Shown: positions 15,108-22,290 of the stretch, one piece after another
Layout of the letters: the number at the start of each line of letters is the position of its first letter
Numbering within the stretch: position 1 is the stretch's first letter
DNA from: a bacterium
Lineage (GTDB): Bacteria; Patescibacteriota; Minisyncoccia; JAHIHE01; DAOWLE01
DNA length: 26,909 nucleotides
Reading direction: 5' to 3'
Assembly (NCBI GenBank): GCA_030643545.1
Contig: DAOWLE010000025.1
Span: forward strand, 1 to 26,909
Translations under genes and position numbers: made by a program
Notes under the pieces: generated by a model
What the model was told of the DNA's origin: nothing
Databases searched by the model: none
The model's input: only the letters and a program-made list of their open reading frames with translations

Positions 15108-15204
15108 AAAATCCAAAACAAAAAACAAAAAAATAAATTAAAAGTTAAAAGTTTTTGGTTTTTTGAATTTATTTTTGGCTTTTTTGTTTTTTGTTTTGGA
15201 TTTT
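15108..15204. repeat. perfect 26-bp A/T-rich inverted repeat with 46-nt spacer between the pilC stop and the pilin start
   Basis: aaaatccaaaacaaaaaacaaaaaaa at 15108-15133 is the exact reverse complement of tttttttgttttttgttttggatttt at 15180-15204. The repeat abuts the pilC stop codon at 15205. Confidence 0.8.
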
Positions 15205-16410
15205 CTACATTCCTCCCGCAATACCGTAAATCGGTAGAAGAATCGCCGAAACCATAACTCCCACTCCTATTCCCATCATAACAATTAAAACCGGTTCAAT
15301 CAATGTGGATAAATTATCAACAACATTATTTACTTCTCTTACGTAAAATCGCGCGATATTATCTAAGATTGAATCCAATTTTCCCGAGCGTTCACCGATA
15401 TTGATCATCTGAACAACTATCAGCGGAATTTCCGGACTCTCTCCTAAAACTTTGGCTATAGAGGTTCCGGACTTTACTTTTTCCGCTGTTTTAAAAATTA
15501 AATCTTTAAAAACTTCATTGCCGATAACCGATCCGGTGATTTGCAAAGAGCGGACAATCGGAACCCCGCCTTTGATTAAAGTGCTTAAATTTTCCGAAAA
15601 ACGGACTAAAGCAATTTTTCTAAAAAGTTCTCCCATTACCGGTAGTTTTAGTTTCATTTTATCCCAATTCATTTTTCCTTCCGGAGTATCAACATACCGT
15701 TTAGTTCCAATTCCCACTGTTATTCCAAAAACAATTAGAATCCATCCATAATATCTAAGAAAATGACTTGAAGCAATTAACATCTTAGTTGTGATTGGCA
15801 ATTCTTGTCCTGACTCTTCTATAATAGCGGTTAACTGAGGAATAACATAAACCATAACAATTATTCCAACGGCAAAAAACGCAAGCAAAATAAAAGCAGG
15901 GTAATACATTGCCCCTTTAATTTTATTTTCTAAATCATATTGTTTCTCTACGTGCTCAGCCAGATAAAGCAAAGATTCCTGAAGATTTCCGGAAACTTCT
16001 CCGGCTTTAATTAAATTTACATAAAATTCAGAAAATACTTTAGGATGTTTTGATAGAGAGTAAGAAAGCGATCGCCCTCCTTCTATATCATTGGCTATCT
16101 CAAAAATTTTTTCTCTAAAAAACGCATTGCTTGTCTGTTTATGCAATGTTTTCAGCGCTTCAAGCAAGGTAATTTTCGCTTCAATCAAAGTAGCCAATTG
16201 CCTTGAAAAAATCACCAAGTCCTTTGCCGGAACTTTTTGGAGAAACTTAATATTACGGAACAAAGCCGAAACTTCCACTATTGAAACAATAGAAATAACA
16301 ACTAATTTATGTGATTGAAGCGTTTCTATCGCCGCGGCTTCGTTTGAAGCTTCAACTGTGCCGCTTTGCATTTCGCCTTTTTCATTTTTTGCCTGATATT
16401 TAAATTTCAT
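15205..16410 (-). CDS. pilC: type IV pilus assembly platform protein PilC (GspF family)
   Basis: 401-aa polytopic membrane protein with two T2SSF-like cytoplasmic domains (…FSRQLATLIEAKITLLEAL…; …LSTLIKGGVPIVRSLQI…) and C-terminal GIGVGVMVSAILLPIYGIAGGM. It overlaps pilT by 4 nt. Confidence 0.85.
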   Translation of the reverse strand: MKFKYQAKNEKGEMQSGTVEASNEAAAIETLQSHKLVVISIVSIVEVSALFRNIKFLQKVPAKDLVIFSRQLATLIEAKITLLEALKTLHKQTSNAFFREKIFEIANDIEGGRSLSYSLSKHPKVFSEFYVNLIKAGEVSGNLQESLLYLAEHVEKQYDLENKIKGAMYYPAFILLAFFAVGIIVMVYVIPQLTAIIEESGQELPITTKMLIASSHFLRYYGWILIVFGITVGIGTKRYVDTPEGKMNWDKMKLKLPVMGELFRKIALVRFSENLSTLIKGGVPIVRSLQITGSVIGNEVFKDLIFKTAEKVKSGTSIAKVLGESPEIPLIVVQMINIGERSGKLDSILDNIARFYVREVNNVVDNLSTLIEPVLIVMMGIGVGVMVSAILLPIYGIAGGM

Positions 16411-17489
16411 TGTTTATTTTTCAAAAGCATTTTTAAATCCTTAGGATTAAGTGAGTAAAGCTCCGCATTTTGGCGAGATATCTCGCCTTTTTCAACAAGA
16501 TTTGCTAAAGATTTATTAAGAGGAAGCATTCCTTCTTCGGAACTTGTTTCAATAACCAAATCCAACTGGTGAGTTTTATTTTCCCTGATTAAATTTCTTA
16601 TTGCCGCGTTAGCAAGCAGAATTTCCGTTGCCGGAATTCTTCCACCGTCAACGCGGGGAACAAGCCGCTGAGAAACAATTCCCTGAAGGCTGCTGGCTAA
16701 TTGCGCTCTAATTTGAGATTGTTGATTAGCCGGAAAACTATCAATAATTCTGTCTATTGTCTGAGCGGCATTATTAGTATGAAGAGTGGCAAAAACCAAA
16801 TGACCTGTCTCCGCGGCAGTCACCGCTGTTGATATTGTTTCCGGATCTCTCATTTCTCCAACCATAATCACATTAGCGTCTTCCCTAAAAACAGATCTCA
16901 AAGCAACATGAAAAGAACGGGAATCGTGATAAATTTCCCTTTGAGAAATAATGCATCTGTCTTGAGTAAAAACATATTCAATCGGATCTTCAATAGTAAT
17001 TATACAATCATTTCGGTTATGATTAATTTCATCTATTAAAGCGGCTAAAGATGTTGATTTTCCATGGCCGGTTGGTCCGACCATCAGAACAAAACCTTGT
17101 TTAAGCTTGGTAAATTTGTGAATAATAGGCGGCAAATTTAATTCTTCAACAGTTCTAATTTCCGAAGGAATTAATCTTAAAGAAGCTCCGACATATCCTT
17201 TTTGGCGGAAAATATTAACTCTAAATCTTGCTCTTTCTTCAAAATTATAAGAAAGGTCAATTTCTTTGTCTTTTAAAAACTGGTCTTTTTGTTTTTCATC
17301 AAGCAGAGCAAAGCATAATTCCTCGGCGTGTCCCGGAGTTAAAATTTCTTTGTTTGTTAAAGGAATTAATTTGCCATCAATTCTTAAAATAGGATATCGC
17401 GCTATTGAAATATGAAGATCTGAAGCGCCTTCTTTTGCTGTCATTTCCAAAAGTTCGTTTAATTCTTTTTTAATTTCTAATGAATCCAT
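16407..17489 (-). CDS. pilT: type IV pilus retraction ATPase PilT
   Basis: 360 aa with a Walker A box GPTGHGKST, the Asp box ITIEDPIEY, Walker B MVGEMRD, the His box HLVFATLHTNNA and the PilT-type AIRNLIRE motif. Confidence 0.9.
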   Translation of the reverse strand: MDSLEIKKELNELLEMTAKEGASDLHISIARYPILRIDGKLIPLTNKEILTPGHAEELCFALLDEKQKDQFLKDKEIDLSYNFEERARFRVNIFRQKGYVGASLRLIPSEIRTVEELNLPPIIHKFTKLKQGFVLMVGPTGHGKSTSLAALIDEINHNRNDCIITIEDPIEYVFTQDRCIISQREIYHDSRSFHVALRSVFREDANVIMVGEMRDPETISTAVTAAETGHLVFATLHTNNAAQTIDRIIDSFPANQQSQIRAQLASSLQGIVSQRLVPRVDGGRIPATEILLANAAIRNLIRENKTHQLDLVIETSSEEGMLPLNKSLANLVEKGEISRQNAELYSLNPKDLKMLLKNKQ

Positions 17490-17495
17490 ATAATA

Positions 17496-17612
17496 AATTT
17501 AAATATTAAATATCAAAATGTAAAATGACAATGTAAAATTAAAAATTAAAAATTAAAAATTTTTCAATTTTGATTTGTTATTTTGATTTTTGATTTTTGC
17601 ATTTTAATTTTT
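17496..17612. repeat. imperfect palindromic intergenic element, copy B
   Basis: aaatatcaaaatgtaaaatgacaatgtaaaatt...aattttgatttgttattttgatttttgattttt. Fills the whole spacer between the pilT start and the stop of the upstream small ORF. Confidence 0.7.
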
Positions 17613-17936
17613 TTAGTACGGCAAAAATGGATTTGGTCTTCCAGTTTGGCCCGTTTTTACCGGCAAATCTCCGTGGCTGCGCAGATCTTTGAACTGCGTA
17701 CTTTCTAAAACTTTTAAATCCAATTCCGTGGAAACCAATCCTTCGCTTGGCAAAGACTCGTTCTTTCCATCTAAATAAGGAAAATTTTCATTGTTTGTTT
17801 TAGAAATTGTTTCAGCTGGTTGATTAGATGTTTTCGGCCCTGAAAAATTCCAAATAAGAACTATTGCCATTATTAAAAGGCAAGTTACTAAAATAATCGC
17901 TAAAATTTTTTGTTTTTTTTCTTCTTGAGAAGCCAT
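17613..17936 (-). CDS. small membrane protein (hypothetical), embedded in pilus operon
   Basis: 107 aa with an N-terminal TM (ILAIILVTCLLIMAIVLIW), then a Pro/Ser/Thr-containing soluble tail. It is flanked on both sides by copies of the palindromic element. No homolog recognised. Confidence 0.5.
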   Translation of the reverse strand: MASQEEKKQKILAIILVTCLLIMAIVLIWNFSGPKTSNQPAETISKTNNENFPYLDGKNESLPSEGLVSTELDLKVLESTQFKDLRSHGDLPVKTGQTGRPNPFLPY

Positions 17937-17939
17937 AAT

Positions 17940-18140
17940 ACAAATTTAAAATTTAAATATCAAAATGTAAAATGACAGTGTAAAATTCAAAATTGACTAA
18001 TGTTAAAATGGTTTTTAAGTTTACCCTGTTAAATAAAATCTTTGATTTTCTTTCACCAAAGGCGAAAGACTTAACAGGGTAAATTCCATTTTAACATTTT
18101 GATTTGTCATTTTGCATTTTGATATTTGCATTTTGATTTT
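17940..18140. repeat. imperfect palindromic intergenic element, copy C, with nested hairpin insertion
   Basis: Same outer cores as copies A, B and D, plus the ttgactaatgttaaaatggttttt block shared exactly with copy A. It contains the nested perfect palindromes tgttaaaatgg/ccattttaaca (18001-18011 with 18086-18096) and tttaccctgttaa/ttaacagggtaaa (18020-18032 with 18071-18083). Confidence 0.7.
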
Positions 18141-18141
18141 T

Positions 18142-19884
18142 CTAGTCTTTCGTCGCTTTAATCACTTCATTGATTGTCGTCGTTCCTTTCAAAACTTTTA
18201 ATACTCCATCTTGAAGCATTGACAGCATTTTCTGCCGCCGCGCTTCTTCTTTAATCGCGCTTTCAGTTAAATTTTCAATAACAACTTTTTCCAAACCAGG
18301 AGTCATCGAAAAAACTTCAAAAATAGCCATTCTGCCTTTCACTCCTTGGTTATCGCAATACTTGCATCCTTTGCCCTGATAAATTTTATAGGGCTCTTTT
18401 ATTGACAAACTGTCCTTTTGTTCTTGAGAAAGTTTATTTACTTCCCGTTCAATTAAATTTTTTACGCCCCTGTCCAGTTCAATTTCCTTGCGGCAGTACT
18501 TGCAAATTCTTCTAACTAATCTTTGAGCAATAATTAAATTAAGGGAAGAAGTAATTAAGAAAGGATCAATTCCCATGTCAATTAATCGCGGAATAACGCC
18601 AACCGCGTCATTGGTATGAAGAGTTGAAAGAACAATATGCCCGGTCAGCGCGGCATGAACAGCCAACTCAGCTGTTTCTTTATCCCTGATTTCCCCGACC
18701 ATAATAATATCCGGATCCTGCCGTAAAATTGACCTTAAACCAGAAGCGAAAGAATAACCTATTTCCGGCTTTACCTGGCTTTGATTTACTCCTTCAATAT
18801 CATATTCAATCGGATCTTCCAAAGTAATAATATTCACTCCTTCTTGATTAAGAATTGATAAAAGAGCGTAAAGAGTTGTTGATTTCCCAGAACCAGTCGG
18901 ACCGGTTATCAAAATCATTCCGTAAGGTTTTTTAATGCTTTCAATGGTGAGCTTATGGGCATTGCCTTCTAATCCTAATTCATGCAAGCTTCTTAAACCA
19001 ATTGATTTATCAAGAATTCTTAAAGCCGCTTTTTCGCCATTTAAAGTCGGTAGAGTAGAAACCCTAAAATCTAATCCTTTTCCGTCAATATCCATATGAA
19101 ATCTTCCATCTTGCGGCTTTCGGCTTTCGTCAATTTTGAGATTAGTAAGAATTTTTATTCGCGATATGACGCCTGAACAAACTTGCTTGGGCAAAGTTAA
19201 ACTTGAATGAAGCACTCCGTCAATCCTAAAACGAACTCTTAAATCAGTTTCTGTCGGTTCAATATGAATATCGCTTGCTCCGCCTTCATAAGCATGCCTT
19301 ATAATAATGTCAACTATTTTGCTTACCGGCGTTTTCTCAACTAATCGTTCAACTTTTTCCACCTTTTCTTTTTTTGAAACTGGTTTTTTGCTTTTTAAAT
19401 CTTTTTTTATTCCTTTCAGCGCTTCGCTGACTTCTAAATCCAAAACTCTGTATTGCCTTAATGTTTCTTCAAAAGAAGAAGATGAAGTGATAAAAATTCT
19501 TGTTTTAAGATTATGCCTTAAAGCAATAAATTTAAGAGCTTCTAATGATCTTATGTCTTTTGGATCAAGCATAGCAATATCTATTTGTTTGCCATGTTTA
19601 AAAAAAGGAACAAAACGATAATGCACAGCGGCCTCTTCAGGAATTTCTTTTAAAACATTGGAGGGAATTTTTTCTCCTCTTAAATCAACATAAGGTATTT
19701 TTAAAAATTCTGCTTTTGTCTGGATATAATCTTCTTCTTCAATAATTTTATTTCTAAAAACAAACTCATCAAGCGTTTGTCCGGCTTCGTTTGCTTTTTG
19801 TTTATATGATTCAATTTTTTGAGATTCAATTAAACCTTTTTCTAAAAGAAGATCAATAATTTGTTTGGACTTTTGAACAACCAT
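18142..19884 (-). CDS. pilB: type IV pilus assembly ATPase PilB (GspE family)
   Basis: 580 aa with an N-terminal GSPII_E_N-like domain. Has Walker A GPTGSGKSTT, the Asp box ITLEDPIEY, Walker B MVGEIRD, the His box HIVLSTLHTNDA and the tetracysteine Zn motif CKYC...CKYC. Confidence 0.9.
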   Translation of the reverse strand: MVVQKSKQIIDLLLEKGLIESQKIESYKQKANEAGQTLDEFVFRNKIIEEEDYIQTKAEFLKIPYVDLRGEKIPSNVLKEIPEEAAVHYRFVPFFKHGKQIDIAMLDPKDIRSLEALKFIALRHNLKTRIFITSSSSFEETLRQYRVLDLEVSEALKGIKKDLKSKKPVSKKEKVEKVERLVEKTPVSKIVDIIIRHAYEGGASDIHIEPTETDLRVRFRIDGVLHSSLTLPKQVCSGVISRIKILTNLKIDESRKPQDGRFHMDIDGKGLDFRVSTLPTLNGEKAALRILDKSIGLRSLHELGLEGNAHKLTIESIKKPYGMILITGPTGSGKSTTLYALLSILNQEGVNIITLEDPIEYDIEGVNQSQVKPEIGYSFASGLRSILRQDPDIIMVGEIRDKETAELAVHAALTGHIVLSTLHTNDAVGVIPRLIDMGIDPFLITSSLNLIIAQRLVRRICKYCRKEIELDRGVKNLIEREVNKLSQEQKDSLSIKEPYKIYQGKGCKYCDNQGVKGRMAIFEVFSMTPGLEKVVIENLTESAIKEEARRQKMLSMLQDGVLKVLKGTTTINEVIKATKD

Positions 19885-19885
19885 T

Positions 19886-20494
19886 TTATTGATAATAGAC
19901 TTTTAACCTAATACTGTAAGAAAAATTATCAGACACTTCTTCCTCTTCAGAGGAACCGGAAGAGCTGGAAAAATTAATGGATGTTATATCCATAATTCTA
20001 ATATTGTTTTCTAAACTTCTAAGATAATTTTTAAAATTTTCATAACTGCCGGTTAAATTTATATCAATAGAGACAGATCTAGTTTGTTCAATAATATTTT
20101 GCTGGTCTGCTGTTTCTAAAGAAGACGCTGCATTATTTTCAGAAGTTGTTTTGTTCTGCGCGCTCTGCTGTATTTTGCTAAAATTTGATGATTCAAATAT
20201 CATTCCATTTTCCGAAGCTAAAGCTTCAAGCTGAACTAAAACATTAGGAATTTCCGCTTTATTCGGCAAAGCGTAAAAAACTTTATTTACCCGGCCTTCT
20301 ATATCTTCATATTGATTAACTAATTTCTCAATATCAAAAACTAATTTCTGTTTTTTTTCAAGAGTATTTTCTTTTGTTTCTATTTTCTGCGCAAGATTTT
20401 TTATTTCACCATAGGTTGGCTGAACAAACCATAATAATGCCGCAATAATGCCAATCATCGCAATGGGCAAAATAAGAATTTCTACAAATTTCAT
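19886..20494 (-). CDS. pilO: type IV pilus biogenesis protein PilO-like
   Basis: 202-aa bitopic protein (N-terminal TM, coiled coil, periplasmic domain). It sits directly downstream of pilN and 1 nt upstream of pilB, in canonical pilMNO order. Confidence 0.65.
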   Translation of the reverse strand: MKFVEILILPIAMIGIIAALLWFVQPTYGEIKNLAQKIETKENTLEKKQKLVFDIEKLVNQYEDIEGRVNKVFYALPNKAEIPNVLVQLEALASENGMIFESSNFSKIQQSAQNKTTSENNAASSLETADQQNIIEQTRSVSIDINLTGSYENFKNYLRSLENNIRIMDITSINFSSSSGSSEEEEVSDNFSYSIRLKVYYQ

Positions 20495-20535
20495 AATATT
20501 TTTGTTAAAAATTTAAAAGTTATATTTCTCTGTCA

Positions 20536-21078
20536 TTATTTTTTATATTCAAACATTTCCTGTTTCAAGAAAAGAGAAAGATCAAAACCGATTCCGCCAT
20601 CAACACCTATGCTCGCTGAAGAAAAATCAACTTTACTAATTTCTTCAGCTTCTCTAAAAGCAACTACTTGTTTAGCTAAACTGCTAAAACTAATTGCTTT
20701 TCCCTTAAGCTGAATTTTTTTGCTGGGAACATCCCCGTCAAAACTTTCAAAGCTTACGGTCGGAACAGTATTTTTTTCAATCAGGTCAAAAACATTTGAA
20801 TAATAAATATGATCATTTAACATTCTTTTAAGATTATTTAAATGTTTTTGAAAACTGATTACTTCAGTATCTAATTCCTGACTAATTTTTTCATTTATCT
20901 GATCAATTTCGTTATCTAAATCAGAAACTTTATTGGACAAAGTTTTTTCGTAGAAAAAAAGTCCAGCGCAAATAATCGCTGTGATAATAATTAAAACAAT
21001 CGGAATAATAACCAATTTTTTTGAAGTTTTTTCTTTTTTTTGCCTAAAACCTTCAGGCACTAAATTAATTGTAGACAC
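20536..21078 (-). CDS. pilN: type IV pilus biogenesis protein PilN-like
   Basis: 180-aa bitopic protein with the conserved N-terminal INL(V/L)P motif (MSTINLVPEGF), then a TM, a coiled coil and a periplasmic domain. It apparently starts with GTG at 21078. Confidence 0.7.
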   Translation of the reverse strand: MSTINLVPEGFRQKKEKTSKKLVIIPIVLIIITAIICAGLFFYEKTLSNKVSDLDNEIDQINEKISQELDTEVISFQKHLNNLKRMLNDHIYYSNVFDLIEKNTVPTVSFESFDGDVPSKKIQLKGKAISFSSLAKQVVAFREAEEISKVDFSSASIGVDGGIGFDLSLFLKQEMFEYKK

Positions 21079-21081
21079 GAT

Positions 21082-21186
21082 AGTAAATTTAAAAATTAAA
21101 TATCAAAATGTAAAATGACAATGTAAAATTTAAAATTTTTTAATTTTGATTTGTCATTTTGATTTTTGATTTTTAATCTTTGATTT
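21082..21186. repeat. imperfect palindromic intergenic element, copy D
   Basis: aaatatcaaaatgtaaaatgacaatgtaaaattt...aattttgatttgtcattttgatttttgattttt. Fills the pilM-pilN spacer. Confidence 0.7.
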
Positions 21187-22269
21187 TTATACTGTTCCTC
21201 TTGTTGCCGAGCCGACAGATGAAGAAAAAAACGGAGATAATTCTTTTAATGCCGGGTTTAAAATTTCCGGATAAATCACATTAAGCCAAGGATTAGCTAA
21301 AGATACCGGAATATCAAAATTTTCAATAAAATATTCCATTAATCCGGGAAGATTTGCTGAACCGCCGCTCATTATTATCATTTTTGGCTTCTTATTAGAA
21401 CGTTGATAATATAATTCAAAAACTCTTTGTATTTCTTCAATGATTGAATTGATAAGCGGTAACATTAATTCTGAAATTTGTTTTTCAGCATCGTCCGCTT
21501 TTATTCCAATGTCTTTTTTAAGAACTTCAGCTCGTTTAAAATTAAGATTAAGTCCGTCAGCAATTACTTTAGTTAATTCATTGCCGCTCATTTCAATAGT
21601 TCTGCTCATCACCACAAACCCTCCTTCAACAACAATAATATTAGACGAACTTATTCCAATATCAACAATTACCATTGGTTCTTTTTCTTTGCCTACTAAC
21701 GCTCTTGACAAAGAAAAGGATTCTGACTCTAAAGCGACTAATTCAACTTTGGCTATCTCGGCAATCTTGGCATATTTTTGGATTAATTCTTTGGAGACAG
21801 CAACTAAAATTATTTCCAATAAATGTGAATCAGAATTTTCTTTTAATGAAAAACTTCCTGAATCTTTTTTGAGAATTTCCCAGCTTAAAATTACTTCTTC
21901 AATCGGAACAGGAATATATTTTTTCGCCTCAATCGGAATAGCTCTTTCAGCTTCTTCATCGGACATTTTTGGCATTTTTATTAAAACAGAAAAGGTTGAA
22001 GAAGCTGGAGTGGAAATAATCGCTCTTCTGGTCGTTGCTTTGCATTCTTTTAAAACCTTTTTCAAAAGCATTGCTATTGTTTTGTCAGAATAATTTATTT
22101 TTCTATTTTCAACTTCAGTTTCTTGGATAAAATCTTTAACTTTTAAATATCCGTAAGTTTCTAATTTTAATCTTTTACTCTCTTGAGTTAATTGTACCAC
22201 CTTTATGTTTTTTGCGCTAATATCAATTCCTAAACATCTATTCGATTTTTTAAAAAAAGAAAAATTCAT
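21187..22269 (-). CDS. pilM: type IV pilus assembly protein PilM (actin-like ATPase fold)
   Basis: 360 aa with LGIDISAKNIKVVQL and IVDIGISSSNIIVVEGG, the actin/FtsA-like phosphate motifs typical of PilM. It is the first gene of the pilMNO-B set. Confidence 0.85.
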   Translation of the reverse strand: MNFSFFKKSNRCLGIDISAKNIKVVQLTQESKRLKLETYGYLKVKDFIQETEVENRKINYSDKTIAMLLKKVLKECKATTRRAIISTPASSTFSVLIKMPKMSDEEAERAIPIEAKKYIPVPIEEVILSWEILKKDSGSFSLKENSDSHLLEIILVAVSKELIQKYAKIAEIAKVELVALESESFSLSRALVGKEKEPMVIVDIGISSSNIIVVEGGFVVMSRTIEMSGNELTKVIADGLNLNFKRAEVLKKDIGIKADDAEKQISELMLPLINSIIEEIQRVFELYYQRSNKKPKMIIMSGGSANLPGLMEYFIENFDIPVSLANPWLNVIYPEILNPALKELSPFFSSSVGSATRGTV

Positions 22270-22272
22270 ATT

Positions 22273-22290
22273 AAAATGATTTATGATTTA
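22273..22290. repeat. gatttaYgattta repeat immediately upstream of the pilM start
   Basis: aaatgatttatgatttac lies 4 nt upstream of the pilM ATG and overlaps the stop of the giant upstream gene. Confidence 0.6.

Noticed and set aside
15452-16318. ORFs 15452..15751 (+) and 16091..16318 (+)
   Set aside because: Antisense within pilC, whose GspF-family identity is strong.
1222-21186. Possibility that the recurring intergenic repeats form a CRISPR array
   Set aside because: The copies are imperfect, differ in length (105-200 nt) and are themselves palindromic. They are separated by whole genes rather than by short unique spacers of uniform length, and no cas genes are present.
19307-22093. ORFs 19307..19621 (+), 21440..22093 (+) and 21675..21872 (+)
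   Set aside because: Antisense shadow ORFs within pilB and pilM.
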